Origin: a virus
Lineage: Duplodnaviria > Caudoviricetes
Direction: 5' to 3' (one strand)
Length of the DNA: 43,310 bases
Virus record (IMG/VR): IMGVR_UViG_3300049594_000171
Location: 1-43,310 of that record
The translations under genes and the position numbers were made by a program. The notes below the pieces were generated by a model, which was given only the letters and a program-made list of their open reading frames with translations, had not been told where the DNA came from and ran no database searches. This document shows positions 9,626-19,419 of this stretch, in pieces (positions within the stretch are counted from its first letter, which is position 1; every line of letters begins with the position of its first letter).

Positions 9626-9807
9626 TAGAGTGTCTCCATCACAACAGGGTCTTCAATAGATTTAAATACAGCCATCGCCTCAAGCAATACAACCTTTAAG
9701 AGAGGGTTCACTCCTACGATCTTACGAGCTTTAGCAACGGCTTCAGCTTCTGTATTGTGTACAACAAATTCACCTTCACACACTGTTACCCAATACTTAT
9801 CACACAT
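9625..9807 (-). CDS. hypothetical protein, paralog of 9395-9625
   Basis: Same motifs; TAATG coupling. Confidence 0.75.
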   Translation of the reverse strand: MCDKYWVTVCEGEFVVHNTEAEAVAKARKIVGVNPLLKVVLLEAMAVFKSIEDPVVMETL

Positions 9808-9812
9808 TATAA

Positions 9813-9998
9813 TTACCCCGCTAGTAGTTGAGTTGATTGTAGTTCTTTTACTTTAGCTTGCAATACATCAATTTGTTCTTGCTTCTGTTCACATAGCCGC
9901 TCTAATCTCGAGACTTGCTCTTTAGAATCTCTCAACTTATTTTGCAGATTCCATATCGTGGTTTCTGCTTTGTTCAACTCTTTGCTTAGTTTGGACAT
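9813..9998 (-). CDS. coiled-coil hypothetical protein
   Basis: 61-aa heptad-rich ORF. Confidence 0.65.
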   Translation of the reverse strand: MSKLSKELNKAETTIWNLQNKLRDSKEQVSRLERLCEQKQEQIDVLQAKVKELQSTQLLAG

Positions 9999-9999
9999 T

Positions 10000-10302
10000 T
10001 TATTTTAAACAACTTTGCAAGGTTAAGTTTTCCATCATATAACAGGGTAGTGAAGGCGAGTTGTAAACTGCATTAATCAGGTCTGGCATTGCAGATTCCG
10101 CGATTGCAGTCTTTAGTGAGTCTGTTTTAATAGTTATATGTTCTAAAGTGGCTTCTCCCGCATAGTGCCTTGGTATTCCCTTTTTCTGATTAATACACAT
10201 GACAACTACAACATCTGCAGTACTTTTACAAATTCTATAATCTGAAGCTGTTGCTGCTGATGCTAGAGTTGTAACCAAAATAGCAATTAAAAATTTGTTC
10301 AT
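10000..10302 (-). CDS. secreted hypothetical protein
   Basis: Signal peptide MNKFLIAILVTTLASAATA; four Cys; GGAG RBS. Confidence 0.75.
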   Translation of the reverse strand: MNKFLIAILVTTLASAATASDYRICKSTADVVVVMCINQKKGIPRHYAGEATLEHITIKTDSLKTAIAESAMPDLINAVYNSPSLPCYMMENLTLQSCLK

Positions 10303-10317
10303 GTTGGCTCCAATATT

Positions 10318-10350
10318 AAAAAGCCGTTACTACCTTTTGGTAATAACGGC
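10318..10350 (-). terminator. intrinsic terminator-like hairpin
   Basis: GCCGTTATTACC-AAAA-GGTAGTAACGGC followed by TTTTT. Confidence 0.7.
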
Positions 10351-10364
10351 TACCCTGCATTAGG

Positions 10365-10390
10365 GATATAAGATACTTTGCTTAGCGAAG
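10365..10390 (-). promoter_or_regulatory. putative phage promoter, motif A
   Basis: CTTCGCTAAGCAAAGTATCTTATATC. Confidence 0.6.
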
Positions 10391-10403
10391 ATCTAAAAAG
10401 CGC

Positions 10404-10580
10404 TTATGATGGTTTACACAAGAATAATGCTTGTTGTTCTGTGAAACCTTCAGCTATATAGGCATCAAACCGAACTTTAGCCTCTTTAGCCATTCGACTA
10501 TAAAGCTCAACCATGTATTCAAAGCGTTCATCAAAGTCCTTTAGACCTTGTGTTAACTCCAAAGCTTTTTGCTTATCCAT
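10404..10580 (-). CDS. small hypothetical protein (58 aa, not in ORF track)
   Basis: MDKQKALEL...EGFTEQQALFLCKPS, read manually. Confidence 0.6.
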   Translation of the reverse strand: MDKQKALELTQGLKDFDERFEYMVELYSRMAKEAKVRFDAYIAEGFTEQQALFLCKPS

Positions 10581-10734
10581 TAGAAGGAACTTCTCCAGCT
10601 TTGTCGATTACAGCCACTTGACTGTAGATCTCTTGCAAGAGAGGATAAGCATTCGATTTTGTAGGAAGATCATTTAGAACATTTACAATAAACTGAAGTT
10701 GTTCTTGAGAGAAGTTGATTTTGTAGTTTTGCAT
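10573..10734 (-). CDS. small hypothetical protein (53 aa, not in ORF track)
   Basis: AAGGAG RBS; MQNYKINFSQEQL... Confidence 0.6.
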   Translation of the reverse strand: MQNYKINFSQEQLQFIVNVLNDLPTKSNAYPLLQEIYSQVAVIDKAGEVPSNG

Positions 10735-10746
10735 TTAAAGCTCCTT

Positions 10747-12717
10747 TTATTTAACTGGACAATGACCGCTTGCGCATTCATCATTGGAGTCGAAATCTAC
10801 TGAGTCGATTGACTCAATAATTTTTGTGTTTTCTACCAATAGTTCATAAGATTGTTGATTGATCTCTTGGTAGGGCGCTTGCATGAAACCATGCTCTGAG
10901 TGCAGAAGGAAAGAGAGTGTCTTGTAGTTGTTTTTGTAGTGTTTCAGAAGATGCTCTTTAATTGCAGGCAATTCTTCTGGTTTATAATACACAGTACAAG
11001 ATACGCTATTATCGCTCCACTTTGATTGGATCTCTCTAACCATGTTCAGCTGGTCCAACGCTGTTGTATCTTTCGCTAATTTAGCAGTTTCAGGATAAGA
11101 GAATGGAAATGTTACAACAACTGTCCCATAATCTTCACTTCCATCGAAGTTCTTTACGAACTCTACAGGATAACCATGTGATTTACATACAGCGACTAAC
11201 TCATGGTTTGCAGCAATACGAATACGCCTGAACATGTATTGAGCATAACCTGGGTGGACACCTGGTGTTACCCCTGGGAGTAAAGATAGAGTATTATGAC
11301 TTACATAACTGTTTGCCAAGTATGTATTATCTTCAGGGACTTCAATGTCGAATGTCTCACATTCACCATCTGAGACAGCCTCTACTAGATCCACACCACA
11401 CTCATTATATTGAAGTTTATCTAGCTCATCCCAAGCTGTCTTAATATAACCCTTAATATATTTTTTATCAGCAAGCCTACCTTTTCTTTCTGAAATAGAA
11501 TATCGCATTCTGTTTCCATAAGAGGATTCCGTAGGTGGCATTTCTCGAACTTTTGCATCAATTCCAATAGCTCGCATCACAACAGGTAGCTGTTGAGCTA
11601 AAGTTTTACTAACAGTCGTAAACACCATTGTATCACCGTGTAAATGACCATCACCTGAGAAGTAACCTTCAATGAATGCTTTAACTACAGATGCAGGAGA
11701 CATACGCACAATTAACGGGATGTTGGCATCTTCAGCTTTTGGCTTAATTAGATTATTTGCAGTAAGCCAGCGTAGCATAGGTTGAGATGTAAAGTAGAGA
11801 TCAACATTTTTCGTACCGGGTCTTTCGTATATTTTTCCTTCGTAATCTAATTGGTCTAGTATAATATTTTTAAGATGATGTAGGTTTTCAAGTTTAGAAG
11901 AATTGTTACCGGCGATTCTAATTCCTTTCTTATGTGTAGAGCCGTCAGCAAAGTAACAACCTAAGAAGTAAGCCAAGTCTTCATTTAAAATATCAGGTTG
12001 TGTAATTGGAACAGAATTAGTATGATAATTTAGCTCGGCTTTTTCTAAGGTTTGGTAACTTCCACCGTTGTAGCCACCTACTCGGTATACAAGTTGATCG
12101 CCTTTTTTCAAAGTGTCAGCAGTCTTCCAGATATACCTACCTTCTTCGAGAACTCGGTACTGATGAGATGGTGTACACTCAATATCTATCCCGCTGTCCA
12201 GCTTTATTTTCTTTGTTTTCGCTAATCCATTCAAAAAGAATTTAGTAGCTTCAGTCTCTTTATTTTCTTGCGAGATTTGAATACCGAGCTCTTGCCAACG
12301 TTCACCAGAGGTATCGCCGAGTTCATTTAGATTTAAAATACCGACATCACTAACAACGAGTGTATCTCCTTTATTGCAACCACTGGGTTTACACGTAGTT
12401 AATTTAATAGACCTGTTAAATCCGTTTAGTTCAGAGTATCTCTTATCGAAATCACGAAGGTGTTTATAACAAGGGTCCAACCAAGAGAGTTGCTCTTTGG
12501 TTGCTTGCATGACGCCTGTGATACCGATACCCATCCGCATATTCTTGTGTACGACGGCATCTGTTTCAGGATGATGAGCGGGAAGTACCAAAGAGTGTTT
12601 ACATACGCGATAAAGGAGAGTAGCCACGTCGATAAACTCTTCTTGTGTTTTAATATTGGGTAAGAAGATTTCACTTAAACAGCATGTCTCATAAGGCTCA
12701 AGGCTTTGTTCAGCACA
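10747..12717 (-). CDS. nrdJ: class II (B12-dependent) ribonucleotide reductase, exon 2 (contains intein)
   Basis: Starts CAEQ, completing NP|CAE; KPSG|TLS; C-terminal CASGHCPVK. Confidence 0.92.
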   Translation of the reverse strand, partial: CAEQSLEPYETCCLSEIFLPNIKTQEEFIDVATLLYRVCKHSLVLPAHHPETDAVVHKNMRMGIGITGVMQATKEQLSWLDPCYKHLRDFDKRYSELNGFNRSIKLTTCKPSGCNKGDTLVVSDVGILNLNELGDTSGERWQELGIQISQENKETEATKFFLNGLAKTKKIKLDSGIDIECTPSHQYRVLEEGRYIWKTADTLKKGDQLVYRVGGYNGGSYQTLEKAELNYHTNSVPITQPDILNEDLAYFLGCYFADGSTHKKGIRIAGNNSSKLENLHHLKNIILDQLDYEGKIYERPGTKNVDLYFTSQPMLRWLTANNLIKPKAEDANIPLIVRMSPASVVKAFIEGYFSGDGHLHGDTMVFTTVSKTLAQQLPVVMRAIGIDAKVREMPPTESSYGNRMRYSISERKGRLADKKYIKGYIKTAWDELDKLQYNECGVDLVEAVSDGECETFDIEVPEDNTYLANSYVSHNTLSLLPGVTPGVHPGYAQYMFRRIRIAANHELVAVCKSHGYPVEFVKNFDGSEDYGTVVVTFPFSYPETAKLAKDTTALDQLNMVREIQSKWSDNSVSCTVYYKPEELPAIKEHLLKHYKNNYKTLSFLLHSEHGFMQAPYQEINQQSYELLVENTKIIESIDSVDFDSNDECASGHCPVK
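11293..12378 (-). mobile_element. intein with LAGLIDADG endonuclease in RNR (362 aa)
   Basis: KPSG|CNKGDT...YVSHN|TLSLL; TPSH block B; LGCYFADG and FIEGYFSGDG. Confidence 0.93.
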
Positions 12718-13536
12718 CTTTATTGTTAATCGGTCTAAACCGTGATCAATCATTTCTGTTGATCTCTATATGTCACCATATAGAACAGACTATATCATCA
12801 CCCAAATTAATGGGGTTCATCGTCCGAGTTTGTATTGAAAAGATGGAAGAATATACGGAGAAACGATTTCCTCAAAGAAATCTGAAAATCCGTTAGGAAT
12901 GGCCAAATCAAACTTATCGCCTTTACGATGAATATTGCTTTCTAAGCTAAATACCCTTTTTAGAGACTGCTTGATTAGCATTAAATCTCCATAACTTAGA
13001 TTATTCAAATGAAGTCGATACGAGGGCTTAGAACCTTTCCACCGTTTATCTACGTATCTACTGCCATCAGCCATGAATGCTATAGCTAAAAGTTCAGCAT
13101 CCATGAATGTAAGCATGTGCGGATCTACTACTTTATGACCCTTAATGTAGATTCTGCTATGAATTTTTGTAAAGATAGGGTGATTGTGACTTTGCAATCG
13201 AATTTGCTGTTGTCTCTTGTAACCATCTTTTTCATAAATAGCAGGTAATGACTTTTTATAGCCAACCGGTAATTCTTCCAGAGAAGATATGACATAATCA
13301 ATATAGTCCTCATTCTTTTGAAGCATATTGACAACTAAACATGCATTAACAGAGTTTCCAGGAAACATTAGATGTCCGTCAAACATTGCATGCGCATATA
13401 ATCTCTTATTCAAATCTTTACTCATAGTCGTTACTCCCTCCATAGCGGATTGGAACGGTATTGTCTCAAAAGAGAGTTTCACCGTGTTTAAATGAATTTT
13501 CTATATAAATTACTTTATATAGCCCCTATACAGTTA
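12718..13536 (-). mobile_element. group I intron in nrdJ (819 nt)
   Basis: Exon ends in U, intron starts TAA and ends in G; ACGACTA and GATATAGTC P7 strands; GNRA P9; splicing restores GFNP|CAEQ. Confidence 0.92.
12817..13425 (-). CDS. intron-encoded double-motif LAGLIDADG homing endonuclease
   Basis: AHAMFDGHL and IAFMADGS motifs; likely ATG at 13425 behind GGAG. Confidence 0.85.
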   Translation of the reverse strand: MSKDLNKRLYAHAMFDGHLMFPGNSVNACLVVNMLQKNEDYIDYVISSLEELPVGYKKSLPAIYEKDGYKRQQQIRLQSHNHPIFTKIHSRIYIKGHKVVDPHMLTFMDAELLAIAFMADGSRYVDKRWKGSKPSYRLHLNNLSYGDLMLIKQSLKRVFSLESNIHRKGDKFDLAIPNGFSDFFEEIVSPYILPSFQYKLGR

Positions 13537-14577
13537 AGGGTTAAAACCTTCTACTCCCGGATCTGGAAAATCTGTCTCACCGAGTCGCCCAACTTTTCTT
13601 GATAAACGCAAGTTAATGAGGCCGTACGGTTCGCCTTTTCCCAAATACCCATCCCAAAAGTATTCATGCAAGTCTCTAATGTCGTCACAGGCGACTGAGT
13701 TATTTGACATTGCGCGATACGAAGGGATATTTCCAAGATCCCATCTTTTTGCGAGTAGAAACTCAATATCATCAGGATCTCCTATAGCAATTTGTGCCGA
13801 CCGCCTTACATTTCCGGCAACAATAATAGCGCCAATAATGTTCATGATATCGAGAGCATCAATTGGTCTAATTTTTCTACCAGATCTTTTCATTAATACC
13901 TTAGAGATCTCACCAATACCCCACACGAGATCTTCAGGGCCACTTGCCACACCTCCAAAACCTTTGATAGGCGTACCCTTACCTCGCACTACTTGTGTGC
14001 TGTAAGAAAAAGTTCCTTTATCTTTCCGCTCACTTAGAAAGGCGGCTTTTAATGTTTTCGCTAAAAGCCTTACCCAACCTTCACGAGAATCTGGTACAAT
14101 AAAGTCAGCACCTCCGTCATTCACTCTAGTAGGTGCCTTGAACCATTCGCGTACAGCGGGAAGCTTATCAACATGCTTCTTTTGGATATTGTAGCCTACA
14201 CCTGCACCTAGCGCTAACAGATCCATCGTCCATGAGAACGGTACAATAGGGTGGTCTACAACAGTGAATGCACAATTTTGGAGAGAAGCCAACCCTAATC
14301 GATTTACCGTATCTGTACCTAGTTGCCACATGAATCTGCCAGCTACGGCGCCTTTAAGACCCAGTAGATAAGACTTAAGACGTTTAAGTTCATCATCGGA
14401 AAATCTACAGTCTAACTGAATCTGACACGCATCAAGAACTCGTTGAATAGTTTCTGGAAACTCTTCTGTCCGCTCTTTACCTTCAAGTTTCCTAGCATAA
14501 GTACGTTTATACGTAAGATACCCTACAGTAGACCAAGGTGTCTTAAGAACAGGCGTATCTTTCTTAATTTTCTTCAT
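13537..14577 (-). CDS. nrdJ: class II ribonucleotide reductase, exon 1
   Basis: KRTYAR, QNCAF, GVASGP, GNVRRSA and GFNP. Confidence 0.93.
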
Positions 14578-14587
14578 TCTAGCCTTT

Positions 14588-17206
14588 CTAACCTAACTTC
14601 TGAAACAACGAATCTAACGGCATTTCATCTAACTTGCAGAGTCTTCCTGTAGGATACACATAATAAGCACCCATTACGTCTCCAGTAAGACCTGTGTAAC
14701 GACTCTTTAAAACCCTTATCTTGATCTCATTTCTTTCAAGCTCTTCCTTAGCTGACATATTTCTAGCGAATGCCACAATATCGAAGCTAATTTGCTTAAT
14801 AGAACCAGACCCCTTCACGTCATCTAGGTTTGGTAATTCACCTTCCTCAAAAGCCTTACCACTCATTGTCTTTCTGAGGTGCGACACCAGACCTACCCAT
14901 ACATTGTGTTTCTTCACAAGTCTCAAGAGGTTATTCATCATCAGATCAATAGCCTCGTTACCTGTCTTACCTTCAGCACCTTCGGAGACAAGAATAGTGA
15001 TGTGGTCTATAATGAGATACTTACAACCAACAAGCGCCATATACTCAAGGTTGTCAATAATAGTACCATCTGCAGCACTACCCTGATGATCTAGAACCAA
15101 GATTCTGTCTTCACCAAACACCTTTTCAAAACCTACTGAGAGATCTTCTAGAGGTATTTCTTCACTAGCTGGGTTTCGACTAATAGCCATTCCAGCCAGT
15201 TTTCGAGTGGTTTCAGCAGGATGCTCTTCTAGCGAAATAATACCTATCCTGTCCGATGTAGTTTCTAGCAAGTTTAGAGTTATTTCTCGCATTATTGTGC
15301 TTTTACCGCTATTATGCGTAACAATAAAATTACCTAAAACATATCTGCCGTTGCCATCTAGAGTGAATCCATAGAAATCACCTACATCTAGTGGTCTTAT
15401 CTCTGTCTTAAAGCGTAGAGGGTTTTTAACTTGTAATCTGGCAGAGGCCTTCTTTCTTTCGATGGCCACAGGGATTCTTTCAAGACCATCTCCCGATATC
15501 CATACTCTCTGACATATCCCAAACTTGTTTTCCTTTTGTTCACTATGTGTAGCTTGAAAACCAAGTGAATTGGCTAATCGGATAACTTGTTTTGTAAACT
15601 CTATACTTTTTTGAGAGAATTCATAGCAATTGTGGGTTAATGTTCCGTCTGTATCTAATAGGCCCGCCAATAGTTCTAAGCGATTTTCGATACTAGCTGT
15701 CAAATATATCTCTGGAATATGCTTATTATCTATTAAGTTTAAGCCCTTTAGATTTTGTTGAAATTCATTTCCTAGGCCCCAAGAATAAGCTGTTTCATGC
15801 TTTTTCACAGGTACACCAAGTTCTAGTAGTTTAACAACTATCTCATCGCCTTCGTTAGACAGGCGAGCACCTGCAGAATAACCGTCGCCTAGCCACACGC
15901 CCAGCATATAAGGGTGCATGGGGAGAGGTGTATTGTTATTAAACTCAAGAGCGCCTGCTTTAAATGTCTTTGAGAGATGTTTTCTTTTGTCCGACCAATT
16001 GAGATACTCGGTAAGAGGGACATCTACAACCTGGTTCTCAGACAAGCCCCATCGTCCTTCAGTATCATTATTTACTACAGAAAGAATGTGAGAAGCATTG
16101 CATATAAACTTATCTTTCCCTCTGATACTGACCTCAAATAATTGTTCAGAACCTCTTTTCAACTCTAGGACAGTCCTTGGGGTGTTGTCATCCCCCATTA
16201 CAAGGTCGCCTACGACGATTTCTTCTACTCTTTTTATGGAGCCATTGTACATCAAGATCTCAGTACCTAATCCGTGGCAACCTGTACCAGAAGTAAATAA
16301 TGTTATCTCGCCGTGGCGCATACCTTTCAGCTTCTCGTTTAGACCGTCTAAACACTTAGGATACGGAATAGACTCTATATTATTGTACTCTGTCAACATC
16401 TGCCAGAGTTGGTCTTTACCAAGAATACCAACAGGTGAATAAGGAACAGCACCCCAAATACATTTGTTTAGAGCATCTCTGCCGTTCTTTATTAAAATGT
16501 CGTTTGCGTCTTTACAGTCTGGAGGGTGCTTTACTATTTTTACCTTATCATATCCTATAATCTTCGCAAGACTTGTAGCAGCTTTTTGACCGGCCTCGTC
16601 AGCATCCATGAATAGGATTACTTCATCAAAGCTTCTGAGCCAGTTCCTGTTCTCAATTATAGCCTTTGTTTCAGTGGCGCTAGGAATAGCCACAACAGGG
16701 TAGATTTTGTCATAGTGATCTTTAAAGGCTTGCGCCACACTTAATGCATCTATCTCACCTTCTGTGATTACAACTCTTTTACCACCCTCCGTAAACTTAT
16801 CTTGTCCGAATAGAGTATTTGGCTTAGTACCTAGCCATTTAAAATCTTTAGGTAAAGTTCGTTTCTTGAAACTTCCCTCGTATGGATAGTAATGCGCTTC
16901 TGCAGCTCCATCCTCATCAATTGCAGAACGAACTTTGTAGAATTCACATATCTCTTTCTTAATACCACGCTCGGGAATACCTCTCATTGGATATTCGAGA
17001 ACTTCATAGATAGTATCTTGAGATGTGTTTTTCTTAGATGATACAGAGTTTATTTTGATAGAAGACGCTGAAACGGTTGGAGTAGGAGGAAAATACTTTT
17101 TACAACTAAAACAAGTAGCACTCCCGTCCTCATAATAATTAAGGGCATCACTACTGCCACAATTAGGATCTAAACAAGGTTGATGAGCTTTAACTATCTT
17201 TCCCAT
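14588..17206 (-). CDS. T7 gp4-like primase-helicase (contains intein)
   Basis: N-terminal Zn finger, TOPRIM EGEID and DAD, GTG|SGKS Walker A, IIDH and VSHLRK. Confidence 0.95.
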   Translation of the reverse strand: MGKIVKAHQPCLDPNCGSSDALNYYEDGSATCFSCKKYFPPTPTVSASSIKINSVSSKKNTSQDTIYEVLEYPMRGIPERGIKKEICEFYKVRSAIDEDGAAEAHYYPYEGSFKKRTLPKDFKWLGTKPNTLFGQDKFTEGGKRVVITEGEIDALSVAQAFKDHYDKIYPVVAIPSATETKAIIENRNWLRSFDEVILFMDADEAGQKAATSLAKIIGYDKVKIVKHPPDCKDANDILIKNGRDALNKCIWGAVPYSPVGILGKDQLWQMLTEYNNIESIPYPKCLDGLNEKLKGMRHGEITLFTSGTGCHGLGTEILMYNGSIKRVEEIVVGDLVMGDDNTPRTVLELKRGSEQLFEVSIRGKDKFICNASHILSVVNNDTEGRWGLSENQVVDVPLTEYLNWSDKRKHLSKTFKAGALEFNNNTPLPMHPYMLGVWLGDGYSAGARLSNEGDEIVVKLLELGVPVKKHETAYSWGLGNEFQQNLKGLNLIDNKHIPEIYLTASIENRLELLAGLLDTDGTLTHNCYEFSQKSIEFTKQVIRLANSLGFQATHSEQKENKFGICQRVWISGDGLERIPVAIERKKASARLQVKNPLRFKTEIRPLDVGDFYGFTLDGNGRYVLGNFIVTHNSGKSTIMREITLNLLETTSDRIGIISLEEHPAETTRKLAGMAISRNPASEEIPLEDLSVGFEKVFGEDRILVLDHQGSAADGTIIDNLEYMALVGCKYLIIDHITILVSEGAEGKTGNEAIDLMMNNLLRLVKKHNVWVGLVSHLRKTMSGKAFEEGELPNLDDVKGSGSIKQISFDIVAFARNMSAKEELERNEIKIRVLKSRYTGLTGDVMGAYYVYPTGRLCKLDEMPLDSLFQKLG
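15311..16279 (-). mobile_element. intein with LAGLIDADG endonuclease in helicase P-loop (323 aa)
   Basis: TSGTG|CHGLGT...IVTHN|SGKST; LGVWLGDG and LAGLLDTDG. Confidence 0.94.
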
Positions 17207-17366
17207 TTGTGTTTACCTTCGCAGCCAGGTTCGTACACATTGCAGCTACTAACATTGCCACAATATAATCACTTGAAGTCCATACTTCTACTTGTGCTAT
17301 ATGAATACAAGCAAGGACAGTGAGTGCAACTACTCCGAGTGCAAATAATGCTTCTAGTACTTTCAT
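17190..17366 (-). CDS. small two-TM membrane protein (58 aa, not in ORF track)
   Basis: AAGGA RBS; MKVLEALFALGVVALTVLAC... Confidence 0.55.
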   Translation of the reverse strand: MKVLEALFALGVVALTVLACIHIAQVEVWTSSDYIVAMLVAAMCTNLAAKVNTNGKDS

Positions 17367-17939
17367 TTAATTCCTTTCAGGAAATCTATGACCACTAATG
17401 GCTAAGATTAATCTTTCTTTGTGTCTTTCAGTAAGTTCTTCAGAACATCTCCACGAGATTTTATTTACGAGTGTATTATACGAATTAACACTCTTCATTG
17501 GAGTTAATGCTGTACACAATGACCAAGTTTCTGCGAAAGATAATGTACCTTTTGTTTTGTATTGCTCAATAGCAATATACTCGAAGTACTCCTTTCCTTT
17601 CTGTTTAATACCTTCAGCCAAGGCGGTACAGGAAGAGATATACCAAGGCCAATTACTTTCTTGTCCTTTATTTATCTTTCCTGTACCTTTGAACTGCTTC
17701 TTTCCAATATAAAAGAAACCATTTTCCATATCTCTAATCACATAGATGAATCCAATGTGATCTTTGGGAGATAGATCTTCCGGAAATTGCCAATGTCCGT
17801 TTCCTTTATATGCAGCTCTATTAACACGTCCACCAGTGACACCTTCTAAGGAAACTCTTTTAATCTTTCCTATTTCTGGCTTAACGTCAACTTTGAACAC
17901 TTTCTCCGGTACCACTAACTTCTTCGGATCGATTTCCAT
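17367..17939 (-). CDS. GIY-YIG family endonuclease
   Basis: GFIY...YIGKK motif, conserved E and YN. Confidence 0.75.
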   Translation of the reverse strand: MEIDPKKLVVPEKVFKVDVKPEIGKIKRVSLEGVTGGRVNRAAYKGNGHWQFPEDLSPKDHIGFIYVIRDMENGFFYIGKKQFKGTGKINKGQESNWPWYISSCTALAEGIKQKGKEYFEYIAIEQYKTKGTLSFAETWSLCTALTPMKSVNSYNTLVNKISWRCSEELTERHKERLILAISGHRFPERN

Positions 17940-18747
17940 TCTTTTCTAAATCCAATAACTCTTTTACCAACGGCCAATGGTAACAACCGAAATAATCCGT
18001 AGGTGTCTTTTGGAGATGAATCATCTTACCATTGGATAAGAGATAATCATACCAAGCATCACCATAGGCCGTCATATACATCTCTATTACTTTTTCTTGG
18101 AACTCTTCATCCGTTTTACACAAAGCTAAAGCCTTTTGAGCTTTAACCTCTCCGACTTTAGGTATACCAGGAATGTTATCCGTTGGATCGCCTTTCAGAA
18201 GTTGCTCGTAATAGAATCTGTTCGCGTAGTGGTGATCAATATCCTGAATCACATCTTTGTGGATAAAGTAATGCTTACCCACAATACATTTTAAATCTTT
18301 GTCGATTGAGCAGACAATATAAGGTTCATTTACTTTCCTGCATTCTTCAGCCCAAATACGTAGTAGATCATCAGCCTCTCGACCATCTGCAGCAATTGCC
18401 ATACCTCTTTGAACAGCCAGCTCTCGTAGTGCTGGTACTGTTTCATTTGAAATTCCTCGCTTGTGGCGGTTCATTTTATATTCTGGGTAGAGAAGCGAGC
18501 GAAAATTATCTGGACCTTTTACAGCCATCAAATAGTCTGTAGCGAATACTCTCGCACAAATTTCTTCGACAATATGTTGGAAATTTTCCCAAGCTCCTTC
18601 TAAATAGGCTCTAGCTTCCTCTGGAGTGAATTCAATATCACCTTTCATGTTATTCAAATCCATCATCCAGTGACCGTTGGAGTCTTTCTTAAATCTACTT
18701 TCGCATGCATTGTAAGCCAAGACGTCTCCGTCAATTAGAGCCAGCAT
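17887..18747 (-). CDS. 5'-3' exonuclease (T7 gp6/FEN-like)
   Basis: IDGD, YKMNR, EADD, DKD and GDPTDNIPG. Confidence 0.93.
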   Translation of the reverse strand: MLALIDGDVLAYNACESRFKKDSNGHWMMDLNNMKGDIEFTPEEARAYLEGAWENFQHIVEEICARVFATDYLMAVKGPDNFRSLLYPEYKMNRHKRGISNETVPALRELAVQRGMAIAADGREADDLLRIWAEECRKVNEPYIVCSIDKDLKCIVGKHYFIHKDVIQDIDHHYANRFYYEQLLKGDPTDNIPGIPKVGEVKAQKALALCKTDEEFQEKVIEMYMTAYGDAWYDYLLSNGKMIHLQKTPTDYFGCYHWPLVKELLDLEKNGNRSEEVSGTGESVQS

Positions 18748-19045
18748 CTAACCTCCTGTAGATTCTACGAAAGTTTCGGATAGCCTTTATTAATATCAAT
18801 TCAGAGTCTAGCTCCTTCTCACAATCTTTTAACACATCATCCGTATCTCCATTGATATAATGAGCTTTCAGAAGACAAGCTTCGCAAGGGTGTAATCGTC
18901 TGAGTGTTTCGGAAATAAGTTCTAGCTGTTCTATTCCAAACTTAAATTCGGAACTTATCTCAACTGCAAGCTTCTTGCGACTTTTCAGAACACCCACTGC
19001 CTTCAGTGTTCGACCCTCTTTCTTGTAAATTGTCATCGGTATCAT
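18731..19045 (-). CDS. hypothetical protein
   Basis: 104-aa ORF in operon. Confidence 0.55.
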   Translation of the reverse strand: MIPMTIYKKEGRTLKAVGVLKSRKKLAVEISSEFKFGIEQLELISETLRRLHPCEACLLKAHYINGDTDDVLKDCEKELDSELILIKAIRNFRRIYRRLDAGSN

Positions 19046-19151
19046 TATTTGCCTTTCTAAAAATAGCGTCGTAATTTTCTCTGTATTTTTCGCTTTGTGT
19101 TTTTGACTTAATAAAGTCGCCGGTTATTTCATTCTTAGCTACTTTACTCAT
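18960..19151 (-). CDS. hypothetical protein
   Basis: AKNEITGD.IKSK...YRENYDAIF motif typical of small phage proteins. Confidence 0.6.
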   Translation of the reverse strand: MSKVAKNEITGDFIKSKTQSEKYRENYDAIFRKANNDTDDNLQERGSNTEGSGCSEKSQEACS

Positions 19152-19419
19152 TTTTCATTCCAAACAAACTCTTCAGATAACGCTTAAATCTCCAGTAGGC
19201 TAACTGGCCGAACCAGATTCGTTTTTGTTCCACAACAAAATCATCATATGTGTCCATTTGCTTCTTAAGCGCTGCTAAATAAATCTGACGAATCTTTTCA
19301 AAATCTTCTAGTTGTTTCTCATTCATCTTGCAGGTTCGCTCGTAACAGAACGGGCCTTCGTCCTTTTCAATCTGACAACAATGGTGAGGACAAGCTGTAT
19401 AGTAGCATTCAATAGTCAT
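19144..19419 (-). CDS. Cys-rich hypothetical protein
   Basis: 91-aa ORF with coupled overlaps. Confidence 0.65.
   Translation of the reverse strand: MTIECYYTACPHHCCQIEKDEGPFCYERTCKMNEKQLEDFEKIRQIYLAALKKQMDTYDDFVVEQKRIWFGQLAYWRFKRYLKSLFGMKNE

Noticed and set aside
12718-12753. N-terminal residues of the 668-aa RNR ORF, and likewise the listed starts at 30383 and 27518
   Set aside because: These are intron 3' ends read in frame, not real starts
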